From: Ignavibacteriota bacterium
GTDB lineage: Bacteria; Bacteroidota; Ignavibacteria; Palsa-1295
Reading direction: 5' to 3'
Length of the DNA stretch: 64,000 nt
NCBI GenBank assembly: GCA_963787835.1
Contig: CAWBEI010000002.1
Span: forward strand, 1,440,001-1,504,000
Under the pieces are notes generated by a model that worked only from the letters and a program-made list of their open reading frames with translations, had not been told where the DNA came from and searched no databases. The position numbers were made by a program, and so were the translations under genes. This document shows positions 1 to 9,268 of this stretch, one piece after another; position 1 is the first letter of the stretch, and every line of letters starts with the position of its first letter.

Positions 1-1407
1 ACAAGCAGCAAATTGGTTTCATACATAGCAGTCGCGTTATGGTTTTTAGTGAGCGGCCTTGAAGGCGGGGAATTGAGCAGCTATGCGCTAAGTCCCTCGT
101 TCGTGTTCGGCAGCATGATCTTTGTGAATATCCTTCTGGTGTTCGATCTTCGTATGAAAGCCGCTCGGAAAAAGGACGTGAGCCGCAGCGCCGCTCTGGT
201 GCTTTCGGGCATTCTTACACTACTCCTTTTGGAACTTTCGCATACGAAGCTTTCCTCGCATCTGGTCATGCTGGGAGCGTTATTGATGCTGGGATTCATG
301 GGGCTTGCCTTCACGCGTGGTAAAAAGCAGGTGGTGACGGAGATCGTGCTCGGGTGTTTACTCTCATTCGCGCTTGTGCTGTGGCAATCTGCTGGCACGA
401 ACGCGCTCATGCCAAGCGGAGATTTTCTTATTGGCGCGCCGCTCTTAGGATATGCTAATCATGTTGCGAGTTTGCTGCATGTTCCGGTCTCCACGATAAA
501 TCCGGTTTCCCATGGATTGACACTTCGATGGCAAAGCATCCTCATCATTCCCTTTTTTCTCTTTCACTTTTTGCGATTCGCGTTACTGGATCCGAAGATA
601 CTTGCTGCCCTCATTATGCTCGCGGTATTTAGAGGACAGTTATGGAAAGAATCCCACGAGATTATGTGGGTTCTTGTTCTTATGATCGTTATTGGGTTTT
701 TACTTCCGGTGCTGTATTCACCGGCCTGGTATCCGTTAGCACTATCATTTTATGCTCCGCTTATGAGCGTGCAGGCGGGAATGTTCGTTACTGTTATTGG
801 TTTTGGAGTGGTCGCAAAAAGTGTGGTTATGTCCCGATCGGTTAAAATTGCAATGGGAATTGTTGCCGTGATCTTTTTTGCGGGGTTCGTGCTGAATGTC
901 CGAAGCGTGGTGAAGGGAGAATCAGCAAAGCCGGAGTTCGTAAGCGCTGCCTTTATTCATGCGATGAATTATCTTCAAACACATGCTAATGACACCGATG
1001 TGATTGCTACGCGCCGCTTCGATCTTGATACGACAGGAGATGAGTCTTTCTACTGGTATAGCGCCCTTTCGGGGCGGCGAGTTGTTTCGGAAGGAGCAAA
1101 GTATGGTTCTCTTCTCGGTGCAGTTGCCGATAGCGATGCAGTAAAGGGAACCCACTCGGTCGTTGTCGCCGCTCGGTTGCTACATGTTCGCCGCGCTTTG
1201 CTTGATTCGATCTATTCTTCGCGTGATACCGCCAGCGTACGAACGGCATTAGCAGCATCCCATGCGCGATTCATTATCGAGACCATGGAACCTGGTGAGC
1301 ACCTTTCCATCGATCCGTCGCAAATAGCGACTCGTGTCTTTAGTGAAGATGGTATCGAGATATGGAGAATACCGCAATTCATCCACAAGCTTGAACTTCT
1401 TGAATAG
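1..1407 (+). CDS. Multi-pass membrane protein, 5'-truncated by the window edge
   Basis: Frame is open from base 1; many hydrophobic segments followed by a soluble C-terminal region; no family recognised. Confidence 0.7.
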   Translation, partial: TSSKLVSYIAVALWFLVSGLEGGELSSYALSPSFVFGSMIFVNILLVFDLRMKAARKKDVSRSAALVLSGILTLLLLELSHTKLSSHLVMLGALLMLGFMGLAFTRGKKQVVTEIVLGCLLSFALVLWQSAGTNALMPSGDFLIGAPLLGYANHVASLLHVPVSTINPVSHGLTLRWQSILIIPFFLFHFLRFALLDPKILAALIMLAVFRGQLWKESHEIMWVLVLMIVIGFLLPVLYSPAWYPLALSFYAPLMSVQAGMFVTVIGFGVVAKSVVMSRSVKIAMGIVAVIFFAGFVLNVRSVVKGESAKPEFVSAAFIHAMNYLQTHANDTDVIATRRFDLDTTGDESFYWYSALSGRRVVSEGAKYGSLLGAVADSDAVKGTHSVVVAARLLHVRRALLDSIYSSRDTASVRTALAASHARFIIETMEPGEHLSIDPSQIATRVFSEDGIEIWRIPQFIHKLELLE

Positions 1408-1522
1408 TCAGGCTGTTACCGGGCATCTCTCGCTAAAAAAGCACTTTTCGATAACAAGATGATTGAAATCGTTCAATCGTTGCAACGTGCTTTAAGCGAA
1501 GACCACAAATAAAGGATTACGA

Positions 1523-1964
1523 ATGGCAACCGAAACGGATACAATTTCAGCAAAAACTACTTCTTCCAGCGATCAGGCTAATTCCCTGACCAAAGTGTAT
1601 GTCGGCAGCCTGCCCGTATGATTGGACGGCAGAAAACCTCGAAGAATTATTCAAGTCTTACGGCCGTATCACCAGTTCTACGGTTGTAGCCGACCAGCTC
1701 ACACGCCGCTCGAAGGGATTTGGTTTTGTGGAATTTGAGTCGCCGGAAGATGCCAAAAAGGCCATCGCTGAACTTAATGGCCATTCCATCGAGGGCCGAA
1801 ATTTACTGGTCAGGGAAGCCCGCCCTCACACAGAACGCACGAACGATCGTGGAAATGGCAATGGATCGCGCGCGCCTCGCGAGCGGCAAGCCATTCTGCT
1901 GGATAACGCTGAATCGACGGATACGACCGGCCGCTCCTACGGCAACCGCCGCGGTTGGTGGTGA
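1523..1964 (+). CDS. RRM RNA-binding protein with a +1 frameshift near 1613
   Basis: ATG 1523 frame gives RNP2 KVYVGSLP then stops; the next frame continues YDWTAENLEELF and RNP1 KGFGFVEF; extra C in CTGCCCG. Confidence 0.85.
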
Positions 1965-1983
1965 TCGCCATTAATAAACACAC

Positions 1984-2187
1984 TTAAGCCGCTTGCCGGA
2001 GAACAACGGATGATGAGTCGACCAAGCCGCGAACATTGCGTAACTCGAACTGAATTACTTCACCGTTTTTTGCATAATCGGCTACGAGGCCCCGCACAAC
2101 TTCGTCGCTGTCGGCCACATCTCCTGGGCGAATTTCCTTTAATGCAATCGTAAGTGTATCCGACTCTGGGTCGTATCGATAGTTCAT
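1984..2187 (-). CDS. DUF2283 family small protein (putative antitoxin partner)
   Basis: YRYDPESDTLTI...DYAKNGEVIQFEL pattern; overlaps the upstream DUF4258-like gene by 4 nt. Confidence 0.75.
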   Translation of the reverse strand: MNYRYDPESDTLTIALKEIRPGDVADSDEVVRGLVADYAKNGEVIQFELRNVRGLVDSSSVVLRQAA

Positions 2188-2444
2188 TCTTTTTTTAGAT
2201 AGCGATAATATCTTGATGCTGCATAGACTGTAACAACAGAAACAGGAATTTGTGCCTCATCGACTACGGCTCGCAGCATGAATGGCTTTCGATTAGACCC
2301 TTGAAATAGCCGTTGATAGATGAATTTTGTGGATTCATCCCAAATGCGACCTTCCGGTTCATCCAATGTTAGCTGAAGGCTTTCTTCGCTAATATCTGCT
2401 TGTTCCATTCGGATTCGAGCATGTTGGGTGAGCCGAAAGATCAT
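2184..2444 (-). CDS. DUF4258 family protein (putative toxin)
   Basis: MIFRLTQHARIRMEQ...VVTVY pattern; ATG at 2444 follows the ferredoxin stop. Confidence 0.75.
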   Translation of the reverse strand: MIFRLTQHARIRMEQADISEESLQLTLDEPEGRIWDESTKFIYQRLFQGSNRKPFMLRAVVDEAQIPVSVVTVYAASRYYRYLKKE

Positions 2445-2446
2445 TA

Positions 2447-2770
2447 TTATTGGAATTTTGGATCTCTGATCCTTAATCGCTCCACTGGGTTTCCTCCAAC
2501 GAGGTGAGATTCCATGATTTCCGGTACATCCTCTGGTGTTACTCCGCCATACCAGATCCCCTCGGGATATACAACAACGGATGGCCCAAACTCGCAGGCA
2601 TCGAGGCATCCAGATTGGTTTGCACGCACAAGGCCACGCAATCCGCGTTGTTTGATCTCATCTTTTAAGGCAATACGAATAGCGGCCGATCCTTTGGCAG
2701 AGCAACAGCCTTTTGGATCGCCTTCGGGACGCACGTTCTCGCAGACGAAAATATGATGTTTAAATCGCAT
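2447..2770 (-). CDS. Thioredoxin-like [2Fe-2S] ferredoxin
   Basis: HIFVC...GCC...GCLDACEFGPSVVVYPEGIWY motif. Confidence 0.9.
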   Translation of the reverse strand: MRFKHHIFVCENVRPEGDPKGCCSAKGSAAIRIALKDEIKQRGLRGLVRANQSGCLDACEFGPSVVVYPEGIWYGGVTPEDVPEIMESHLVGGNPVERLRIRDPKFQ

Positions 2771-2780
2771 AGATTTTATT

Positions 2781-3473
2781 TTAGGTCCGGATTCCGTACC
2801 CTACGCCGCGCTCGGCAATAATGAGCCGGTCTTTCTCACTGCGGTCCGCATCGATCTTCCCACGCAAACGCTTGATATAGACATCGATGACATTCGAACC
2901 CATAGTGAACGAATAACCCCAGACATGCTGTGTAATAATGGAACGCGATAGAATGCGGCCTTTGCTTCGCATGAGATATTCAAGCAATTCATATTCCTTG
3001 ACCGTAAGTGGAATATGTTCATCTTCATCGGTACCGGGCTTCTTGCGTCGGGCAGTGTGTGCTACGGTATCGAGTACCAGATCTCGCGAGACGAGCTGGG
3101 TTTTCTTTTCAATATCCGATCGTCGAAGCAGGGAACGAACCCTAGCGGAAAGCTCCTCGAATAAAAAAGGTTTGGTCAGGTAATCGTTTGCGCCGGCATC
3201 GAGGCCTTCGACCTTCTCGCCGATCTCTGTTTTTGCCGTCAGGCAAAGGATCGGCACGGTACGCTTGGCGGCGCGAATTTCCTTAATGACATCAATGCCG
3301 GATTTCTTTGGCATCATGATGTCCGTGATAATGAGGTCGTAGGTTTCCGAAAGTGCGCGCTTCGCTCCCGTTTCGCCATCCAGGGCGACATCAACCTCAT
3401 AATTCTCTTCCCGAAGTCCCTGTTCGAGAATGCGGGCTACTTTTTTTTCATCTTCAATGACAAGTATGCGCAT
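2781..3473 (-). CDS. OmpR/PhoB-family response regulator (no adjacent kinase)
   Basis: Receiver domain ILVIEDE, DIMMP, DYLTKPF plus winged-helix VIDVYIKRLRGKID, RGVGY. Confidence 0.93.
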   Translation of the reverse strand: MRILVIEDEKKVARILEQGLREENYEVDVALDGETGAKRALSETYDLIITDIMMPKKSGIDVIKEIRAAKRTVPILCLTAKTEIGEKVEGLDAGANDYLTKPFLFEELSARVRSLLRRSDIEKKTQLVSRDLVLDTVAHTARRKKPGTDEDEHIPLTVKEYELLEYLMRSKGRILSRSIITQHVWGYSFTMGSNVIDVYIKRLRGKIDADRSEKDRLIIAERGVGYGIRT

Positions 3474-3817
3474 AAGATCGTTAATTAAATGGTGATGAGC
3501 ACCAATTCAGACGACGGAAACCCTCGATGATAGACTATTACCAATAGCCAAATCATAGCTAAAGATTCCCTCTTTGCAAACATTATGCCTAAACATTAAG
3601 TTGTTTGCAATCGGGAAGTTGGCAATCGGATCTTGCCAACTAAGCATGAATCGGCTTTTCTTTTTCTAACAATTAGTTCATATTTCATATCATGGACGGA
3701 CACAAAAATAGACAACGGAAAAACAATCTGCAAAATCATTATCCTCAAATATCACTGTTTGTGTCGTTTTTCTCAAAAAAAGCGTTGAGATGTCTCTAAT
3801 CAGTAAATTTATCCAAC

Positions 3818-4798
3818 GTGATTCAGAATCAGCTTAAAATAGAGATCGAGCAATACCTGGCGAGCCAGATCCCGGAGCAACCGCGCAGCCTTTATGACCC
3901 TGTTCGTTCCTCGATCGCGTTTGGAGGCAAGCGTGCTCGACCGATCCTCACCGCGCTTGCTGCCGGGATTGGAATCCCGCCGAGCGAGTGGCTTCCCGCC
4001 GCTGCTGCCGTCGAGTTGCTGCATACATTCACACTTGTCCACGATGACATTATGGATAATGCAGCTCTTCGCAGGGGGAAGCCGGCCGTTCATGTTGCCT
4101 TTGGATCGAACGCAGCCATTCTTTCCGGGGATGTTATCATCGCGTTGGCAACCGAGTGTCTTGCGCACGCAACCGATGCCAAATCCATGCTCGCCGAGTT
4201 CAGCATTGGATTTCGCGGGGTGTGTGAAGGTCAGGCGTTGGATAAAGAATTTGAAACTTGCGATGATATTACCATGTCGGATTATCTCACGATGATCGAA
4301 CTGAAAACATCGCGCATTTTTGAACTCGCCGCCGTGCTTGGCGCGATCGCCCGTGGGGGAGCGTATCGCGAAGATATGCGTGGGTTTGCGCGCGAGCTTG
4401 GGTTAGCCTTTCAACTTCAGGACGATCTGCTCGATCTGATTGGCACTCCGGATTTTGGGAAAACGATCGGTGGCGATATTCTCGAAGGAAAGCGTACCGT
4501 GCTTTTTGTGCTTGCGATGGATCGCTACAAAGATTGCACTAACGAAGAACGCGATCTGCTTGACCAGCTGCGTGGGCACCGCTCAACTATGGAAGACGTG
4601 GCACCCATTCGAGAACTTTTCAAACGTTTAGGAGTGCTGGAATCGGTGGCCGGAATGATTTCAGTACATGCCAATAGGTCAGTGGAGCAGCTCTCCGTCA
4701 TCATGGATGTCGAAATGCGTGAAGGATTGATCGATTACAGCAAACAATTATTGGGACTTGCCAATGCAGAGCAGTCTGCTACTCGCGCAAATCGATGA
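3818..4798 (+). CDS. Polyprenyl (geranylgeranyl-type) diphosphate synthase
   Basis: GGKRARP, FARM VHDDIMD, RRG, GQALD, SARM FQLQDDLLD. Confidence 0.92.
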   Translation: MIQNQLKIEIEQYLASQIPEQPRSLYDPVRSSIAFGGKRARPILTALAAGIGIPPSEWLPAAAAVELLHTFTLVHDDIMDNAALRRGKPAVHVAFGSNAAILSGDVIIALATECLAHATDAKSMLAEFSIGFRGVCEGQALDKEFETCDDITMSDYLTMIELKTSRIFELAAVLGAIARGGAYREDMRGFARELGLAFQLQDDLLDLIGTPDFGKTIGGDILEGKRTVLFVLAMDRYKDCTNEERDLLDQLRGHRSTMEDVAPIRELFKRLGVLESVAGMISVHANRSVEQLSVIMDVEMREGLIDYSKQLLGLANAEQSATRANR

Positions 4799-5421
4799 TT
4801 TTTGTGGAGGACTTGGGTTTGAAGATTGAAATCCTGATCGTGAGTATTCGCAAGTGTTTTGATCGTCAGTTTCTCCGCGTTCGTTGTCCCTTTTGAACTT
4901 ACTGCGGTTGCATTCGTTATTACGATGCGTTGTTTTTTAATTTGTAATGCCAGCGTGATCTTTTGAATGTCGCCTGCAGACTTCAATAACGATTCTAAGG
5001 CGGGCAAAGGGGTTAGTTCGAGTATATAATGCTCCGTTCCAGCCACGTTAGCAATTGCAGCCATATAGTTATCGGCAAAGCGGAACAAACTTCCCGGGTC
5101 GTGGAATGCAGATGTGGGAGTTACATTATCGATGGTTACACGGTCATCTTTCTTTTGGTAATTCCAGATCGTATGCCCGTCCGAAATAATAAGCATCGTT
5201 GGACTCTCGATGCGAATATGCCCATTATGCATATCAGCAGTAATACTTATCCTCCCTTCGTTCTCGAGATCGAACGCAAGAGAAACTCCCGGTGCACCCA
5301 GAAATTGCCCTTGAAGCTTTTTGGAAAGCGATTGTGGCGTTTCTTGTGCAAGGAGAGTTGAGCCGATCAAGCACAAGCATGTCATCAACAACATTCGACT
5401 GAGTATTGATTTTGTTCTCAT
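4779..5421 (-). CDS. lolA: LolA-like lipoprotein carrier protein with a +1 frameshift near 4826
   Basis: Signal peptide and IISDGHTIWNY; removing one base restores the typical end FIFKPKSSTKIIDLRE* at 4779; ATG overlaps the GNAT stop (ATGA). Confidence 0.65.
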
Positions 5422-6047
5422 GGTGCAAATTGTTGTTTGAGTGTTTCTTTTCGTACGATCCATTCCTCTCGTGTCATGGCATAGACATGGGTATCCTGCC
5501 AATCCGAACCGAGGAACAGGCTTCGTAGCGCCGTGCCCTCAAAACGGAGGTTAAGTTTGGCAGGGATCCGGAGACTGATTTCATTCCCAATCGCGATCCA
5601 TAAGGAAACCCGATGCAAGTTAAGCACTTCGAAGGCGAACTCCATCGCAAGCACCACCGCCTCCGTGGCGTAGCCATGCCCAACAAATGGAAGGCCGATC
5701 CAATACCCTATAAAACACGATTGCGAAACGCCACGGACGATCTGCGTTAGTCCGATCTGTCCCACGATCTCGCCGGTTTTCTTCAATGTTATGAAAAAGC
5801 GATAATCGGAACCTTCATCCCATCGGTCGAGGGCAGCCAGAATGTGTTCCCGCGCAGCCCGTCTTCCACCGCTCTCGGCATCCTGCTTCATACCCGGTGG
5901 CGACCATGGTTCAAGATGATTCTTATAAGAAATGGAAAGCAGTTCTGCAAGTGCCTCTGCATCGGACATGCGATATTGGCGGAGGATCAGACGCTGGGAA
6001 CCGATCGATTTTGGGACCCGCTCCGGGGCGTGATAGGCTTCCAGCAT
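5418..6047 (-). CDS. RimJ/RimL-type GNAT N-acetyltransferase
   Basis: RLILRQ, IGYWIG...GHGYATEAV, LNLHRV motifs. Confidence 0.88.
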   Translation of the reverse strand: MLEAYHAPERVPKSIGSQRLILRQYRMSDAEALAELLSISYKNHLEPWSPPGMKQDAESGGRRAAREHILAALDRWDEGSDYRFFITLKKTGEIVGQIGLTQIVRGVSQSCFIGYWIGLPFVGHGYATEAVVLAMEFAFEVLNLHRVSLWIAIGNEISLRIPAKLNLRFEGTALRSLFLGSDWQDTHVYAMTREEWIVRKETLKQQFAP

Positions 6048-6067
6048 GGCAGAAAAAACTCGTTAGC

Positions 6068-6535
6068 TCAGATCGACCTGAGTGCTTCCAGCACGGCATC
6101 TACGTGTCCTGCGACCTTTACTTTAGGGAAGATCTTCGCAATGCGGCCTTTCTCATCGATGAGGAACGTCGTGCGCTCGACACCCATATATTTCCGGCCA
6201 TACATCGATTTTTCCTTCCACACCCCATACGCATTCACTAACGTTTTGTCTTCATCGGCGAGCAGAGGAAACGTCAGATCGAATTTGGATTTGAACTTCC
6301 CGTGACTTTTTTCGCTATCGGGGCTGACGCCCAGTACGATAGCGCCAGCCCGTTTGATACGCGCGAAATTATCGCGGAAATCGCACGCCTCTTGGGTGCA
6401 GCCAGACGTATTATCCTTCGGATAGAAATACAGCACGACTTTCTTTCCGCGAAGATCCCTCAGCGAAACCTCGTTACCTTCATCATCCTTCGCAGTAAAA
6501 TCCGGAGCTTTATCGCCTTCTTGCAACATGATCAT
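6068..6535 (-). CDS. bcp: Peroxiredoxin Bcp/PrxQ
   Basis: YFYPKDNTSGCTQEACDFRD motif. Confidence 0.95.
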   Translation of the reverse strand: MIMLQEGDKAPDFTAKDDEGNEVSLRDLRGKKVVLYFYPKDNTSGCTQEACDFRDNFARIKRAGAIVLGVSPDSEKSHGKFKSKFDLTFPLLADEDKTLVNAYGVWKEKSMYGRKYMGVERTTFLIDEKGRIAKIFPKVKVAGHVDAVLEALRSI

Positions 6536-6996
6536 CTAAAATTAACTTCAGACTCGCCCTTGGTTACCATCGCTACTTGCCAGGGCTTGCCTTTTTGATG
6601 AACCATCCAAAAGTACGCACCATCTTCTCCGGCATTGGGGGAGTTTACCCGAACCATTCCGGTTTCTTCAATTTGAGCGGTATCGATCAGCGCTCCTTCG
6701 AGTTGGTGCGTAAGGTTGTAGTCAACATCCGCGTTTGCAGAGGCGATGAACTTTCCGGCTTTTAGATCATAGAACGATCGGAACCATGTTTGCACATCGT
6801 GCGCGACGTACGGATTCGAAAAATAATCCCTGAACTTCTGCGTTGCGATCATGGAATCGCGCTTCGGGGCATTATCTCGAGTGACATACTCTGCGAATTT
6901 ACGCGCTGCACCGACTTCTTCACTCGCACCCCGATCGCAGGACGATAGACCGCTACTCAGCAACAAGATCGAAAGCATCGGAAGGGCATACCTCAT
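6532..6996 (-). CDS. Hypothetical lipoprotein
   Basis: MRYALPMLSILLLSSGLSSC lipobox-like signal; stop overlaps the bcp start. Confidence 0.65.
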   Translation of the reverse strand: MRYALPMLSILLLSSGLSSCDRGASEEVGAARKFAEYVTRDNAPKRDSMIATQKFRDYFSNPYVAHDVQTWFRSFYDLKAGKFIASANADVDYNLTHQLEGALIDTAQIEETGMVRVNSPNAGEDGAYFWMVHQKGKPWQVAMVTKGESEVNFR

Positions 6997-7113
6997 ACTG
7001 GAACATCTTATGTTAACCTTCGGGAATCGATTGTTACTTAGCATGAAATGCGTGATTTGCTGAAGAATAGTGTTGATGGAAGTGCTTTCCCCACTACGTG
7101 CCACATTTCATCG

Positions 7114-7121
7114 TAAATTTG
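7114..7121 (+). promoter_or_regulatory. Bacteroidota-type -7 promoter element (TAnnTTTG) upstream of purD
   Basis: CG-TAAATTTG; the same motif precedes several other genes in the window. Confidence 0.55.
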
Positions 7122-7219
7122 TAGCTTCTGTAATGGACAGTCCTAAGCTGGACTGTCTTGAAACAAAAGACTGTTCGGAAGGATTGCCCCGATAGAAATC
7201 ATACTACCGTAAGCACTAC

Positions 7220-8539
7220 ATGCGAATTCTTGTTCTTGGAGGCGGCGCTCGCGAGCACGCTATTTGTTGGAAACTGAAGCAATCGCCCCGCGTGGCGGCC
7301 ATCTTTTGCGCGCCTGGTAATGCGGGTATTGCAAAAATCGCAGAAACGGTAGAGCTTATCCCGACGGACGTAAAAGCCGTCCTCGGTTTCGCCATGCGCG
7401 AGCGGATCGACCTGGTCGTCGTTGGACCCGAAGGCCCGCTTGCAGCCGGAGTTGCCGACGCGCTCGATAAAGAGCACATTCCCGTTTTCGGCCCACGAAA
7501 AAATGCCGCGCTGCTCGAAAGTTCCAAAGCCTTTGCGAAGGAATTCATGCAGCGCCATGATATTCCCACCGCACGCTACGCCGTCTTCTCCTTCGAAGAT
7601 CAAGTCGAATGCCGAGCATTCCTGCGTCATGTGAACTACCCCGCCGTCATCAAAGCCGATGGCCTCGCTGCCGGAAAAGGCGTCATTATCTGCGAGACCG
7701 AAGCGGAGGGAACTCACGCCCTCGATGAGATCTTCACCCATCGCATCTTCGGCGAAGCCGGTCAGCGCATCGTCATCGAAGAATACATGATGGGCGACGA
7801 AGCCAGTATCTTCGCCATCACCGACGGCATCGACTACGGCTTGCTCGCTACCGCCCAGGATCACAAACGCATCTTCGATGGCGACCGAGGCAAGAACACC
7901 GGCGGCATGGGTGCGTACGCTCCTGCTGCGATCGTCACTCAGGAAATCATCGAGCAGGTCAAGCGCGAGATCATCGAACCGGCGCTCAAAGGCCTGCGCG
8001 ATGAGGGAAGGATTTATCGCGGCATCCTCTACATCGGCGTCATGATCTCCGGTGGTCGCGCTCGCGTCGTCGAGTTCAACGTTCGCTTTGGCGATCCCGA
8101 AGCCGAAGTGGTGCTGCCACTGCTCGATGGCGATCTCGCCGAAATTTTCCTCGCCTGCGCCGAAGGGCATCTTGCGCCCCTGTTGCCGATCAAGCAGTTC
8201 CCGGCTTCGGCGGTAACCATTGTGATGGCCAGCCAGGGCTATCCCGATAGTTACCAGACCGGCGAGGTCATCACTGGGCTCGAGGACTTCGACCAAAAGA
8301 AAGAGATCGAAGAGGGCATCGCAGTCTTTCATGGTGCCACCAAATTGGACGATCGCGGCCGCTTCCTCACCTCCGGCGGACGCGTGCTGTCCGTCACCGC
8401 CGTGGGATATGAGGAGGACCTTCGCCACACCATTACCGCTGCCTACAATGCCGTAGCCCAGATCAGCTTTAACGGCGCATACTACCGCAGCGACATCGGT
8501 AAAAAAGCCCTGCGCACTCCTGAATCTCGGACTGCTTAG
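7220..8539 (+). CDS. purD: Phosphoribosylamine-glycine ligase
   Basis: GGGAREHA, PGNAG, KADGLAAGKGV, QDHKR, NTGGMGAY, EFNVRFGDPE. Confidence 0.98.
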   Translation: MRILVLGGGAREHAICWKLKQSPRVAAIFCAPGNAGIAKIAETVELIPTDVKAVLGFAMRERIDLVVVGPEGPLAAGVADALDKEHIPVFGPRKNAALLESSKAFAKEFMQRHDIPTARYAVFSFEDQVECRAFLRHVNYPAVIKADGLAAGKGVIICETEAEGTHALDEIFTHRIFGEAGQRIVIEEYMMGDEASIFAITDGIDYGLLATAQDHKRIFDGDRGKNTGGMGAYAPAAIVTQEIIEQVKREIIEPALKGLRDEGRIYRGILYIGVMISGGRARVVEFNVRFGDPEAEVVLPLLDGDLAEIFLACAEGHLAPLLPIKQFPASAVTIVMASQGYPDSYQTGEVITGLEDFDQKKEIEEGIAVFHGATKLDDRGRFLTSGGRVLSVTAVGYEEDLRHTITAAYNAVAQISFNGAYYRSDIGKKALRTPESRTA

Positions 8540-8582
8540 AGAGAATTGGTAACATTTTACGTTATCCAAGTGTATTACTATT

Positions 8583-8879
8583 ATGAGCAATCTCAACTAT
8601 GACAAGGAACGATTAGAGGCGGTGTGCCGCGAGTATAACATCAAGCGGCTGGCGGTGTTCGGCTCGTACCTGCGCGGAGAGCAGAAACCGGCGAGCGATC
8701 TCGATCTCCTCGTGGAATTTGAGCCGGGTAAGATTCCGGGTCTGTTCCGTTTCTTTAGTATCCAACGAACGCTTGGGGAGCTTTTTCAGAAGAACGTCGA
8801 TCTTAGTTCACCCGGATTTCTTCACAAGTCCTTTCGTGAAGAGGTAAAGCAACATGCCCAACCTATCTACGCGGGATAA
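8583..8879 (+). CDS. Minimal nucleotidyltransferase (MNT) antitoxin
   Basis: FGSYLRGEQKPASDLDLLVEF (GSx10DxD). Confidence 0.9.
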   Translation: MSNLNYDKERLEAVCREYNIKRLAVFGSYLRGEQKPASDLDLLVEFEPGKIPGLFRFFSIQRTLGELFQKNVDLSSPGFLHKSFREEVKQHAQPIYAG

Positions 8880-9216
8880 CGATCTCTAGCGGATCGGTCA
8901 CATGATCCAGTTCAGCGAACAACTCATCGAGGCAACGCGCGGCGTCACCTTGAACGATCTCGAAGATGATTGGATGAGAATGCTCGCCATCATGCGGCTT
9001 TTCGAAACCCTCGGCGAGGCCGCAACAAGGGTGAGCAATCAGACCAAGAAAGCGAACCCGGAGATTCCTTGGCGCGATGCCACAGACATGCGAAACCGCC
9101 TGATCCACGGCTACGATGATATCGAATACGAATCTGTACTAAAGACCGTCGAAGAAGAGATTCCCGCGCTCCTCATCCAGCTTCGAGCACTTCAATCTGC
9201 ACAAAAGCGGTCGTAG
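8854..9216 (+). CDS. HEPN/DUF86 RNase toxin; in-frame TAG at 8887, possible restart at ATG 8902
   Basis: IPW and MRNRLIHGY (Rx4HxY); the overlapping ATG 8854 reads MPNLSTRDNDL*RIGHM. Confidence 0.85.
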
Positions 9217-9268
9217 CTGAGAATCCATCCGCGTAATCCGCTCAGATCCGCGTCATCCAGGTTCAGAT
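9217..9268. repeat. ATCCGCGTAATCC-type dispersed repeat (copy 1)
   Basis: CTGAGAATCCATCCGCGTAATCCG is identical to 49032-49055; ATCCAGGTTCAGAT is identical to 49086-49099. Confidence 0.85.

Noticed and set aside
1610-1622. Programmed frameshift or pseudogene in the RRM gene, and likewise in lolA (~4826), mraZ (~30370) and the barrel gene (~35352)
   Set aside because: All four are single-base indels in short homopolymers of otherwise intact genes, without clear slippery-site signals. Sequencing or assembly error is the simplest explanation; read inspection is needed.
7199-8596. 465-aa antisense ORF over purD and other long shadow ORFs
   Set aside because: They are antisense to well-conserved genes and have no recognisable motifs; they are explained by codon bias.
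8887-8889. Amber recoding or alternative genetic code
   Set aside because: Many conserved genes here (purD, murD, murG, rodA, mutS) end correctly at TAG.
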